DNA from: Lytechinus pictus
Lineage: Eukaryota
Length of the DNA: 64,000 nt
Assembly (NCBI RefSeq): GCF_037042905.1
Contig: NC_087263.1
Span: 14,634,001 to 14,698,000, forward strand
Reading direction: 5' to 3'
Below are positions 36,741-49,175 of this stretch, piece after piece. Within the stretch, counting starts at the first letter, position 1; every line of letters starts with the position of its first letter. The notes below the pieces were generated by a model. It made no database searches. It had not been told where the DNA came from and saw only the letters and a list, made by a program, of their open reading frames with translations. Position numbers and translations under genes: made by a program.

Positions 36741-36994
36741 CAGTGCACCACAGAAAAAAGGGAAACTAATTCAGTGTAACTTTTTGCCATTATAATCATC
36801 AATTTGCTTTTTGGGAGGTAAATCAATGAAAGATTATGCTTCCCCTCTATCATTTGAAGTCCATCTCAACATCCATAATGAAAGGAGAGAAGAATATCTT
36901 CCATTGATGTACAGCCCATGAAGCATATTAATGATCATAATGGCGAACAAATTACAATGAATTATAATGGTTTCTTTTTTTCTGGGACGCACTG
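36741..36994. mobile_element. Tc1/mariner-type MITE
   Basis: TA|CAGTGC...GCACTG|TA. Confidence 0.78.
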
Positions 36995-37022
36995 TATATT
37001 ATTGCTATTATCAATAATTTAC

Positions 37023-37292
37023 CAGGTGATGTTACAACTGATTGTTGTCTAGTGTCACTTCTCTGTGACAGTCCTCCTGCATAGACCTCTACGGATAGGG
37101 TGACAGTGTATGTGACACCCGGCTCCAGGAACTCAATCTTCTTTTCAGTTTCCGAAGGAAGTAGGTAATCCCTTCCCTGCGATCCATACTCTATCAAGAT
37201 GATATCAGCCTCTCCGGCCCCCAGAACGATGTTAGAAACAGTGATAGTGTCGCTTGTTCCTTCCAAGTCAAAGCTGGACACTTCTGCGGGCT
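37023..37292 (-). CDS. exon 14, FN3 domain 13 (A)
   Basis: TACAG / GTAAAT, 270 nt; FLEPGVTYTV. Confidence 0.88.
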
Positions 37293-37810
37293 CTGTAAAG
37301 AGGGGGAGCGGAAATATAATAAATGCTCGGCAAATTGCCATGTAGTCTAAACCCACTTTGTCTCAAACAACAAATCCTAGCTCGTCTTACGTCCCTTGTC
37401 AAAAGTCAGAACGTCATTCGTGCAGGAATCCCACAAGCAGCCTTTCATTACCAATTCTCACACTTTGACATAGAGTACCGAAGTGATGACGCCGCAAAAA
37501 TAAACCTTTTTGTATTTCAGCGTTTTTATACCATACCCAGGGGTGTGAGTGGTCACAAATAAAAAGATCTGAAAAAAGCTGAAGAGTGTTGAAAAAGTCT
37601 GAAATAGAAAGAGCTCCATACTTTTTGTAAAGAGGAAGGCCAAAAATAAGCTGAAATTAAGCTGAAAATCAAAACAAAAAAATCTGAACTCTCACGGCCC
37701 TGCATACCTCGGCAGGACATGATGAAAAAGACTCGGTACAGAGTTTTGACAAGGTACCTTACCCTGTTTGTCTTGGTCATTTGGTTTAATAACCATGTTG
37801 CGTCGTCTAA

Positions 37811-38206
37811 GACCCCTGTTACACCGGATTAAGTAAGTAGTCTCGGGGCGCCCTAGGCCATTCTCGGGCAGGTTTCTAATCCGGTGTAAACGCACAAAAC
37901 TACCTGAGACACCTTCTCAGAAAACCATCTCGTACCAACTCTCGATGTGTTCCGAGACCGGTCTCAGGGCGCCCTGAGACTGCTTTGGATTCGGTGTAAA
38001 TGCAAACCTGCCCAAGACTGGTCCGAGACAGGTTCGCTTGATGCGCAACACATGGAAGGATTATCCAAACAATAAACACAGCGCGCGCTTGGCGCCCTGC
38101 CAAACCTCTCTCGGACAGCTTGTGTAATTCGGTGTAAATGCACATAAAGCTGTCTTGAGGCTTCCTGAGACTCGTTACGTGTACGATTCTAGTGTAATAG
38201 GGGGTC
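37811..38206. mobile_element. MITE with GACCCCTRTTACAC TIRs and internal CGGTGTAAA repeats
   Basis: Inverted termini visible. Confidence 0.65.
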
Positions 38207-38439
38207 AATGGTGGCGCTGGGAGTTGTGTGGGCGTGAGTGTGGACGTCGGAGGAATTGGTGGCGCCACCAATTCCTCCGACGTCAGCACTCACGCCCACA
38301 CAATTCCCAGCACCACCATTGACCACCCGCCGCCGACCAAGGAGGAATTGTTGGCGCACCAATTCCTCCGACGTCCGCACTCACGCCCACACAACTCCCA
38401 GCGCCACCATTGACCACCCGTCCCGACCAAGCCCACCAC

Positions 38440-38770
38440 CGATTCCTTCGACGTCCGCATTCTCGACTTAAGTACCCACACTCGTTTTGCATCCTTCACT
38501 CCTGAAGACGGACAGTCATCCTGCCCAAAATGTCGAGTAACCTCTCTTCACTTCTTCCTGCTACTACTCAAACCATCGCTACTCAAGCCATATTCAGCTG
38601 ATCTCATCTGGTTTACAGTCCTTTTCAGGACTTCACTCACTTTCAAGTAAAGAATACCTCTAATTTCCTCTTTTGCATCCTTTCTCATATTTCCATTTTA
38701 ATTTTTCTGCCTGTATTTCCTTTCCCTTCTTCATATTACACATGGTGAACCGTAAACCTTCTCCACGTTA
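38440..38770 (+). mobile_element. Penelope-like retroelement terminal fragment
   Basis: Minimal hammerhead motif; homologous to 50425-50797. Confidence 0.65.
38498..38538 (+). ncRNA. Decayed minimal type I hammerhead ribozyme
   Basis: ACTC-CTGAAGA-C-GGACAG tcatc CTGCCC-aAAA-TG-TC-GAGT. Confidence 0.6.
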
Positions 38771-38802
38771 ATTCTCTCTTATTTTCATAGATTAACAGAG
38801 GA

Positions 38803-39891
38803 AAACAAGTGGAATGCCTCTCAGTCTGGCGGTCTCACATGCATCACGCGATTCAATATAGCAGCAGTGCTGACTTTGAAAACTACTATAAAATAATCAT
38901 TCACAAAAAACACCATTCATATAATGATACAATACTACGTTCATTGGCATTTGACCTTGATCATGTGACCTAAAACTTGTCAGTGATACTTGATTACCCC
39001 TATATCCACATTTATAAACTATATCTATAAACTTTGAAAGGTCATGTGACCTGCAATTCCCACAAGATGTTCAGTGATACTTGGTTACTCTTAATCAGAT
39101 CCATAAAATTTCAAAGTTACATGTATGATGGTAATTCAACAGATTCCCCCACATGGCCAAAGTTCATTGACCTTTGACGTCGGTCATGTGACCTGAAATT
39201 CGCACAGGAGGTTCAGTGATACTTGCTTACTCTTAAATCCAAGTTTTATGAACATTCAAAGTTATGATGGTAATTCAACAAATACCCCCCAACTTGGCCA
39301 AAGTTCATTGACCTTACATGACCTTTGACCTTAATCATGTGACCTGAAACTCGCACAGGCTATTCAGTGATACTTGATTACTCTTATGTCCAAGTTTCAT
39401 GAATCAGATCCATAAACTTCCAAAGTTATGATGGTAATTCAACAGATACTCCCAATTTTGCCAAAGTTCATTGACCCTAAACGACCTTTGACCTTGGTCA
39501 TGTGGCATGAAACTCATGCAGGATGTTTAGTAATACTTGATTAACCTTGTGTCCAAGTTTTATGAACTAGGTCCATTTATTTTCAAAGTTATGATGACAT
39601 TTCAAAAACTTAACCTTAGGTTAAGATTTTGATGTTGATTCCCCCAACATGGTCTAAGTTCATTGACCCTAAATGACCTTTGACCTTGGTCATGTGACGT
39701 AAAACTCAGGCAGATTGTTTAGTAATACTTGATTAATCTTATGGCCAAGTTTCATGAACTAGGTCCATATACTTTCTTAGTTATGCTGTCATTTCAAAAA
39801 CTTAACCTTCGGTTAAGATTTGGTGTTGACGCCGCCGCCGCCGGAAAAGCGGCGCCTATAGTCTCACTCTGCTATGCAGGTGAGACAAAAA
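38803..39891 (+). mobile_element. Helentron/DINE-1-like non-autonomous element with internal tandem repeats
   Basis: ACAAGTGG start; subterminal IR GTCTCACMTGC / GCAGGTGAGAC; GC hairpin near the end; internal ~120-180 bp TGACCTTTGACC repeats. Confidence 0.8.
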
Positions 39892-39914
39892 TGATTATTG
39901 TTTGTATCCTCGGT

Positions 39915-40106
39915 AACTTCTGAGGCGTTGTACAACACAAATAGCAAATATTCTCATTCGTGCAATGGTGCAACATTTTGCATTCGGTGAAAGAAATAGA
40001 CACTCTATGCAACTCCGCTAACGCCCCGTTGAATGGAGCATCTTTCTTTCACCTCATGCGAAATCTCGCATCATCGCACTCATGCCTATTCGCTATTTGT
40101 ATACTA
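39915..40106. mobile_element. Palindromic interspersed repeat (deleted copy at 47500-47625)
   Basis: ACAAATAGCRAATA ... TATTCGCTATTTGT inverted arms. Confidence 0.65.
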
Positions 40107-40144
40107 ATTCCATCACTGAGGTGCATAATTTGTACCATACTCAC

Positions 40145-40396
40145 TTAGCAAGACATATTGGATGCCAATGGTTTCAAGTACAGCACCTTGAGCACCCACA
40201 GTAACAGCATTTAATTCCAATCTCAGCAGCGCCCCGGGTGTATAACCTGTGGCTGTGTATGGTAGGTCTCCAGGACTGATTGAATTAGGGTTTCCTACAC
40301 CATCATATAATTCGTACGAGATAACATCTGGAAGACCGTCCACGGTCAATACAAAGCCAGTGGTCGTCACACTGCTGATGGAGAATGGTCTTGGGG
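40145..40396 (-). CDS. exon 13, FN3 domain 12 (B, divergent)
   Basis: TCCAG / GTGAGT, 252 nt; SVTTTGFVLTV...GYTPGALL. Confidence 0.86.
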
Positions 40397-40528
40397 CTGG
40401 AAGACAAAAGATGATATAAAAAGAAGGTGAAGTGCATTTTTTTTTTTAAAGAGAGCAATTTACTTTTCACTTGCAGTAAGAGCTTCAAAGATATGGGTGA
40501 TTAACTCAACTTGCAACTAGGCATTTAA

Positions 40529-42257
40529 CCCTAATTTAACTGGGCTATTTCGGACCCATGTCCCGTAACACAAAGGTTAGCGATCAATGGCACGCTTGAT
40601 TTTCACAGTTGATTGTACACTGTAGTCAATGCAATCAACCGTAGAAAAATGTTCTACGATCATTGCTAAGCTTTGTGTTACGGGCCCAAGGTTATACTGG
40701 GGGTGAATTTGCCCCCCCCCCTTCAGGGGCCTGTTTCATAAAGAGCTACAGCTGCTGTAACTTTGCCATTATGGCAACTACCATGGCAACAGGGCTCAGC
40801 AGCCAATCAAAATCAAGGTTACCATGGTAGTTGCCGTAATGGCAAAGTTACAAGAGTTGTAACTCTTTATGAAACAGGCCGCTGATCTCGGCTGCTGATT
40901 GCATGATCGCCGCGAAAATTTGCATGCGTGTAAAGCCCTGATGTAAATTACAAGACTGTATAGTAAAATTTTCAAAAAATTAATTGTATATAATTTTTTA
41001 ATTAATCAATAAAGCAAATAAGCACATGAAATTTGCGGTCAATTTTTTTTTGCCTTTAACCCTAAATAGAGTGGGCTATTTCGATGTCTAAAAAGACCCT
41101 TATGATCTCAGCCGTCGATCGCGCGGTCGCGATGAAAATTGGCACGCGCGTTACCCATGGCATAATCTACAAAACTACAAGATCAAATTCTGCGAAAAAT
41201 CTCATTGCTAATTAATTATGCTAATTTATGTGTAAAATCAAAAGTTTGCTCTAATTAACTTAATAATGCCCCTAAAATGCAAATTTTTGGTACACAGACA
41301 CTTAATATGAATATGATCAAGTGTACTAAATATCAAAATCACATTTATTTTCTTTTGTGTTTTATTGTTTTCTTAATTTCTTATGTATTTCTTTGTTTTT
41401 CGATTTTCTGTTTTTCATTGTTTTTTCAATGGAAATTGTTGAGGACTTTATTTTGACCATAAATAAGATGGAATTGATTGATTTCAATCAGTAAAAGGAA
41501 AAATAATGATACATTTATGAATTTTGGCTAAAAACACTTTTTGCATTGGGTTTGTACACAAATTCACGCTTTTGAGCAATTTTGGGTCTGCATGCACTTA
41601 CGAAAGGTTGTGTAATTTCGGAACCGTGAACCCGAGACGTGAATGTAAAAAGTCAGTGAGCGACGCTGTCGAAAAAATTTGGCATAGTGGATTCATCACG
41701 AAAAATTTCGAGGAGGGGGGGCTGAATCAGCCCCCCCCCCCCCCCCCCCCGTCTTCTTAGGGTTAACTCACTTTATATAGCTACTGGTGAAAATATCAAC
41801 TATTATATTTCTAACAAATACAGATGTATCTAGAAAAAAAGGCCAAAGCATGATTAATTTCCTATATATTTTATTGTTTTTTAATTCGTATGTATTTCTT
41901 TGTTCTTTAGAACCTTTGTTTTCTATTGTTTTTTCGATGAACTTTGTCGGGGACCTTTGCAATCATAAATAGCATAAAATAAATAAATTCAAACATATAA
42001 TCAGACATTTATGATTTTTGGGTTGAAAACACAATTTGCATTGACTTTGTACACGGAATCACGTTTTTGAGCAATTTTGGGTCTGACATGCCTTTACAAA
42101 ATGTTGTGTATTACTGAGCACTGCAACTTTGGTCTCACAAGATGCGCAAGACTATAAAGAAAAAAAGTCAACAACGACGCGGTCAAAAAATTTTGCACAT
42201 AGTGTTGAAATTCGTCAAAGAGGGTCAAATTGACCCCCCCCCCCAGTTAAGTATGGG
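40529..42257. mobile_element. piggyBac-type non-autonomous element carrying three nested insertions
   Basis: TTAA|CCCTAATTTAACTGGG...CCCAGTTAAGTATGGG|TTAA. Confidence 0.8.
41060..41762. mobile_element. Nested related piggyBac-type element
   Basis: TTAA|CCCTAA...TTAGGG|TTAA. Confidence 0.8.
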
Positions 42258-42334
42258 TTAAGTACAACTCTATTGTCATCTTTTTGACACACTCCCTAGG
42301 GAGCTATCACGCCTCGTACTATTGGTATACTTAC

Positions 42335-42619
42335 GTGTGGTGACCTGGACTGTCTCTGGGTAACTCTCTTCCTTCAATTGCATATCTCTGGCTATTGCAG
42401 TCACCGACACATCATATCCTGTTGAAGGCAGAACACCCTCAAAGACGTACCTAGGTTCCAAGCTCGCAAGGACCAGGACAGAAGTTGCGTCACCACCTCC
42501 CGTCGGAGCAAGTTGAAGGCGGTAACTGGTCACTTCGCCAGCGCCCGGTTGCCAAGTTACAGTGATGGTCGGAGATGAGTCTGAGGGCACGGCGACTACA
42601 GAAGTAGGTGTGCTGGGTA
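42335..42619 (-). CDS. exon 12, FN3 domain 11 (A)
   Basis: CTTAG / GTAAGT, 285 nt; TITVTW...GVLPSTGY. Confidence 0.92.
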
Positions 42620-43250
42620 CTAAGATAGAAATATTTCTGAGATAAGTATTCGGATGGATCTAACTACAGCTCGAAAAATCAATTATAAGATCCCTTATAC
42701 ACATTGACTTGGAGTTGTGTCTGGTTGCAAATCTTTAAGCAATTAGGACCCTAGGACTATCTTCATAAAGAGTTCTGTGCAACTTTAACAGTCATCCTTT
42801 AACTAGCATTACCGTACAAATGAAATTAAAAATCATTATTTCATTAATCATTACACAGTTGAGCACATCACCTCAGCATGATCAAAGGGAAATGGTGCTG
42901 GATACTGTATGCATGTAAATTGTATAACAAAATAATTTTGAAGGTTGATGTATTTTTGGAAATCAATACTCAAAATTTGAACATCCCACATATTCATCAG
43001 GAGTAAACTACAATTTATTCCTGACGAATGAATAGGATATCAAACAGAGTTTTTTTCTTTTTTATATAATTGCATGTCCTTGATTGGCAAAACATGCATT
43101 GAAGCATCAGAATTATTTTGTTAACATTAAAGCCAACACATGAAACTGTACAGCTTGGGATATGATTATTAGGCCTGAACCAATTATTAATAACAGACAT
43201 TAAACAGAGTATGATTCTGATTGCAGAATATGGCTTACACATTTGGTTAA

Positions 43251-43393
43251 AGGTCAAGTCTACCCAAGAAACAAGAAAAAAGTTGATTTCGAATAAATAG
43301 AGAAAAATCAAACCAAAATAAGGCAGCTATGCCCCCTGTTACATTTTTCTCTTTTTCTTCATATCAACTTTTTCGTTGGGGTGGACTTGTCCT
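43251..43393. mobile_element. Short Kolobok-type MITE (related ends at about 49040 and 62541)
   Basis: TTAA|AGGTCAAGTCTACCC...GGGTGGACTTGTCCT|TTAA. Confidence 0.78.
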
Positions 43394-43437
43394 TTAAATA
43401 CCCATATAATGCCCATTATAAAAACTACTTGACTTAC

Positions 43438-43692
43438 GTGTTTGTATATCCTGGAGGGACTCTAGTGAACTTTGACCTGCACGGGTCACTCGAAGCATTA
43501 TACTATAAATACTGCCCGGTCTCAAACCACTGATGGTGAACTTGCCAACTGCTTCTTCGACGGTGGGCACCGGTCCTTGTCCGTTTCGCTCCGTGGCTAC
43601 CGCAGAATAGCCGGTCCCGATCGGTGCAAACTTGATGATGATAGTGTCGGTTGTTTTGGAAAAGACGTAGAAACTCGCATCATCTCCCGTTT
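43438..43692 (-). CDS. exon 11, FN3 domain 10 (B)
   Basis: TGCAG / GTAAGT, 255 nt; FSKTTDTIIIKF...GLRPGSIYSI (not in the ORF track). Confidence 0.88.
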
Positions 43693-45005
43693 CTGCATGA
43701 AATAGAAAATGAAAGATGAATGAATACTGTGGTTATGATGGAAAGAATCCTTTACTTTTACAAAATGACTTTCATATCATTGGAAGAAAATTGTGAGGAA
43801 TTTGTCTCCGGCAAATCCCTGCTCTTCACATGCCCTCACATTTCAAATAAAACAATACGGTGGATTCACGACATGGTGCGCCACCTATCAGTTGCAGCGG
43901 ACAGGCCAAAACTGTGACGAAGAGGAAAGAGTGGAAAGGCCCGAACCTAGGCAAAGACACGCTCATCCTGTGCTGGTCTTCAGTTCGCAGTGGGACGTGT
44001 TCATCGATTTCTTTGAAATGAAAACTTTGCTCTTCTGGTAGCGGTGACACGTACTACATGTACACGTACATGCATGCGATTACTCGGGTCGCCTGGCTTG
44101 CATAGGCTGTCAACCAGGGTCCATGAAATGGGAGAGAAATTACCCGCAAACATATTTCTTTGCAAAATTTTGGGTGAATTCTTCCTCCGCTTTTGCCATA
44201 ATTTTCCTTTGTGACGCATGAGAATAATAGCACTGTGCGCTGCCTGCGTCTGCAATGTCAACCCCAAAGTTAGATATTGGCCTGTTAGTGGCCTGAAATC
44301 CTATTTATAGTGATGACGTAATGAGAGATTCATGCAATGCATGGACATTTTTTTTAATTTTCATAAACTTTTTAGAAATTTCTTTGTGGATAGTATTGAT
44401 GTACAGACGAAAATTTGGGAACAAAAAAGAAGAAAGAATTATTAGCAGAAGGAAGAGAATAATGGTAATAATAATTATTAGATGATGATGATCATCAAGA
44501 TAAAGAAGATGGAGAATAAGAAGAGGAACAAAAAGGGAGAAGAAGGGGAAAGAGAAGGAGAACAAAAAATATAAAGTAGTAGTAGATCAGAGCTCCATAA
44601 AACAAAGGTTTGCAATCAAACGCTGAATACCAATGACCAATCAAGATCGTCATTGCACGCACAATCTTTTCAAAATACTGTCTGGGACCCGGTGGGTTCA
44701 GTTCTTTCATACTTGCAATTCATCGCAAACCTTTGTGTTACAGAGCCCAGAGGAAGAAATATTATGTAGAAGAATCAGAGGAAAGGGAAAAAAATTAGAA
44801 GAAGAAAATGAAGATAAAGAGGGAGAAAAAGGAGAAAAAAAGAATAAAAAGAAGTAGTTGAAGAATAAAAGGCAAAAAGAAGTAGAAGAAATACAAAAGA
44901 AAATTTTAAAGTAAAAAACAGAAGAAGATGAGAAAAAGAAATAGAAGAAAAAAGAAGAAAAAACATCGGAAGAGAAGAAAATGCTAGGAAAAGATAAATA
45001 GTCAC

Positions 45006-45299
45006 CTGTTGTAATAGTCTGTGTGACAAAGCCACTGATGGTGTTTCCGCCATTCACAAAGGAATTTATCGTTGCAGTATACACGGTACCGGGCGTGAGT
45101 CCTGTGATAGTTGTTTCAGTTGATGACGAATCAACTAAGATAGGAGAGGATTCCCTTCCGTCATCTCCCACTGATGCACCAGAGTAGCTGATGGTATATC
45201 CATCATACAATCCGGCGGTAGGGGCAGAGTAGATCATTGAGAAGCTGCTCGTAGCAGGGTCGCCCAAGGTGAGGTTGAACTCCCCAGGTACCATCGGCT
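45006..45299 (-). CDS. exon 10, FN3 domain 9 (A)
   Basis: TGCAG / GTGACT, 294 nt; YDGYTISY...GLTPGTVY. Confidence 0.9.
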
Positions 45300-46230
45300 C
45301 TGCAAATATTTGGTAAAGATTGAAAAGTCATTTCTGGAGCCGGTTTCATAACAAGACTTGCTATAATAACAAATGCACAATTTCTATAACAAGTTTACTA
45401 TCAGCCAATCACATTGAAGGATTTTAGTAGCTTTTAACTGCTATTGTTAATTTGTTATTATAAGAAGTTTTATGAAACAGGCCCTTGCTCCTACATCACA
45501 TGGAAGCAAGGAACAAAAGCCTAATTTCCTTTGAAAGAGCAAAATTTCTTTTTACAGAGAGACACCAATGCAATAGCATGCTGGTTTAACCAGCAATATA
45601 TCATACATGTAGCATTAGCAGCAGCAAATGTTTTTCGATGAAATTTTGCCTGGAAGCTCGTATTGTGAAAATTTACACTCTCCCTGTACTGTTAACTGTT
45701 GGTAAAGATTGAAATAGGCCGTCAATGTTGGTATTTGAAGGGTCCCTTTTTATAATGAGCACATTTTTATGTATCCGTTACGAGTAAATTTTAAAAGGGC
45801 AGACACAATGCAAGAGGCAACATGAGAGGGGGATTACGGCATTCAACAGGCCCATGGCCATGGCTTTGAATTTAACTTGGCCCTGGTGTCAGTGCTTTCT
45901 ACCTTCTTTTTTGTGTTAGGGGGTGTTAGTATGGAGTCTATAAAGACCCATGTTACATCTGTTAATCACTGGCCAGGAGTCAGCCCGAGTCCGATTGCAA
46001 CCAGATCCGGTGGCAAAATCAAAAGGTCTTCAGAAAACACAGCAGGATATTTGTTTTATTGAGTTCTTTGATATTTTCCTCTTGAGTAATGATCTTTGAC
46101 ATTTTTACAGCAAATTAGACCGAAGAATCTGTTCAAATATTCAAATTGTCCTGGCTAGCTTTTATCGTTTGTAAACAGAGTGCGCAGCTTTAGACCCCCG
46201 CCATCATGAAGAGAAAATATTCTGACTTAC

Positions 46231-46455
46231 TAGTAAAGAATGTCAGCTGATCGGTGGTGACAGATTCCTGTTTGATGGTGATCGTGTACTCTTGACCAGG
46301 GGTCAGACCGGTCAGATCCGTTTGATCACCATCCCCAGGGGTTACCGTGAGTATCTGCCCATCTCCGGAGGTGTATTCGATCACATACGTGGGCGACGTT
46401 TGCAAGATCAGCACTGAGGTGGTGGTCACTGCACCCAACGACACGACGGCCGCAG
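46231..46455 (-). CDS. exon 9, FN3 domain 8 (B, short)
   Basis: TTCAG / GTAAGT, 225 nt; GLTPGQEYTI. Confidence 0.9.
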
Positions 46456-46907
46456 CTGAAACAAAAGGACAGGAATACAATCAGAGCTGGAAATTTAGTC
46501 AGTGCTGACAGCCTTCACAAACACTCCCTACAGACATAACTGTAGGGAGTACTTTTTGACCAGGTAAAATTACATTGGGGGGGACTGAGGACAATTTAGC
46601 CCTGGAAACTAAAAAAAGGAGCCCTGGGAATCCCCACTCATCGTAATGTTAAAGCTTATCCAATGTTGCAGATTGAGGAAGTAGGTTGAGAAAAGTACCA
46701 CCTGAAAATAAGAAACTCTTTATAAAGTACATCTGAGGGCAGTATAATTAACAAAATTAACAGTAATAAATAAACAACATTTGAAGGGCACTATATGAGG
46801 ATGTTTCAAAGTACACAGAATGAATGTATTAACAAAAAAAAATCATGCTAATTATTAAGATGTGGAATAATTAGACTTGCGTTAAGAAGAACCATGGTAT
46901 AACTTAC

Positions 46908-47069
46908 CTGTCTCAAATGTTGTTGTCTGTTCTCCGCTCCGGCTGATGAAGCCCTGTTGCACTGATTCGGCAACTACCACAACCGAGTAACTTGTCTCAG
47001 GCTCCAAGTCCATTAGGTCAACCGACAATGCAGCTACTTGCATTGCGAAGATGACGTCTTCGCCCGAAG
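46908..47069 (-). CDS. exon 8, C-half of FN3 domain 7
   Basis: CGAAG / GTAAGT, 162 nt, phase 1-1; DLEPETSYSVVV. Confidence 0.85.
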
Positions 47070-47900
47070 CTTCGGGGACAAATAATAGAATGCAACAGTG
47101 AGAATTGTAGAACGCTTACTTAGCTTGTTGTACGTGAGCAAATAAGAGGCTGAATGTCAAACATTTACCACACTTACCATCCATGGGTAATAGTATGCAA
47201 TGCTTAGAAACATTTGTATTAAGCGCTATATAAATATTACATATCATTATTATTATTATCCATAATGTACCGTTGCAAGGGTCAGAAAAAGGTGATGTCA
47301 CTATGAAAATATGATTCAACGCATTGCATGCGCTATAAAGTAAATGCAGGTGCAATACGCATAGGGCCGGGATTACTAGCTGAAAAATGCATTGCCACTG
47401 CAGATTAGATGCACGTCTGGAAGGATTTTCCTTTCGATTTAAAAATTTTCTCCCTCATTTTCATAGATTTAAGTAGGAAAAACAAATTTTTTTGCTTACT
47501 TCCGAGGCGTTGTTCAACACAAATATCAAATATTCTTATTTGTGCAGTGGTGAGACATTTCCCATTTGGTGAAAGAGGCACTCTATTCACCTTGAAATTT
47601 CATGCCTATTCGCTATTTGTATTTAATAAAGCATCTTCAAGAGAGAGCTTATTGACCAACCTTGCATGTGGTCTCGCATTGACTGTGTGTGATGCATAGC
47701 TTGCCTTAAAATATACCCTTTGATAAAAAAATTAATACACAGGGTAAATTGGCCTCTTACTTTATTTCCGTGAGAAACTAACACGTTTTGACAGGAAAAG
47801 TATTTGTTTTGGTTTATTGCGGTATGAGTTGAATTGATGGATTAGTGTGTTATCTTTCCAACAAGATTACACTGCTCAGAATATTCAATTATAGCTTTAA

Positions 47901-48494
47901 AGGGATGGTCCGGGCTGAAAATGTTTATATCTAAATAAATAGAGTAAAATTCACTGAGCAAAATGCTGAAAATTTCATCAAGATCGGACAACAAATAACA
48001 AAGTTATTGAACTTCAAAGTTTACCAATATTTTGCGAAAATAGTGATATGCACATCTTCATGAATATTCATTGGGTGGGCTTATGATGTCATATCCCCAC
48101 TTTCCTTTTTCTTATGTTATTACATGAAATCACGATTGATTCATTTGTTTATACATGTGTAAATGATGTGTCTCCATTATGATGAAATAATAAATAACTA
48201 ATGCACTTAATCAGTTGTCAATCCAATTGTTTTAGATCTTGGTAGAAAATTTTTGAATAAACCTAATTTCACACAAAGAAATACAAAAGAACAAGTGGGG
48301 ATATGACATCATCAGTCCACCTAATGAATATTCACCAAGACATGCCAAGAACTATTTCACGGAAATAATGCAAATCTTTAAAATTCAATAACTTTGTTAT
48401 TTGTTATCCGATTTTGACAAAATTTTCAGCATTTTGCTCTGCGAATTTTACTCTATTTATTGAGATATAAATATCTCCAGCTTGGACTATCCCT
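47901..48494. mobile_element. Kolobok-type MITE with long (~200 bp) inverted arms
   Basis: TTAA|AGGGATGGTCC...GGACTATCCCT|TTAA. Confidence 0.82.
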
Positions 48495-49070
48495 TTAATA
48501 GGGCCCTGGCAAGAGATGAGTAAATGGTGCTAAACACGACTTCTGGTTCAAATCTGCTTCAAAGACGTCAAAATAAAAGAGTAAAATTCAACAAGAAATG
48601 TTGAAAATTTCAACCAAAACAAAAATCTGTTAAAATACAATGAAACTCATCGAAAGCTGAAGTCCCACAATATTTCTTTTAAAAGTTATATGCAGGTCAT
48701 CATGAGTATACAATAGATGGGCTAATGATGTCATGTCCCCCCTTTCCATTTTCCTATTTATTACATGAAATCATAATTATTTCACAGTTTAATATATGTT
48801 ACTGTACAACACGTCTCCCTGCTAATTAAAGATTCAAATTGCAATATTGGATAATTCATACAGTAGGAAAGTAAAGAGACAGTGAGTGTCATCATTTGTG
48901 CATTTAACTATCTTGGGAAAAAATAGGCGAAACTTTCAGATAACTTTGTTATTTCTCATCTTATTTTGATGAGATATTCAGTGGATGCTTGTTTGACTTT
49001 CCTCTCGATTCAAACATTTTTCTAGGGTAGACTTGAACTTTAAAGAGGAACTGGAAGACAGAGTACTTAC

Positions 49071-49175
49071 AAACTGTGACAGAGTATTCATCAGCACCTG
49101 CTGAAGCTCCCCACGATAAGGTAGCACTTCGTGGAAGACGGTTGGTTATTGATATAGTGCCTGGAATGGAGGGAT
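49071..49175 (-). CDS. exon 7, N-half of FN3 domain 7 (A)
   Basis: TGTAG / GTAAGT, 105 nt; PSIPGTISI...ATLSWGASAGADEYSVTV. Confidence 0.87.

Noticed and set aside
44707..45005. Phe-rich read-through after exon 10 as a membrane-anchored isoform
   Set aside because: A stop-poor pyrimidine tract explains the ORF, and there is no independent evidence of intron retention.
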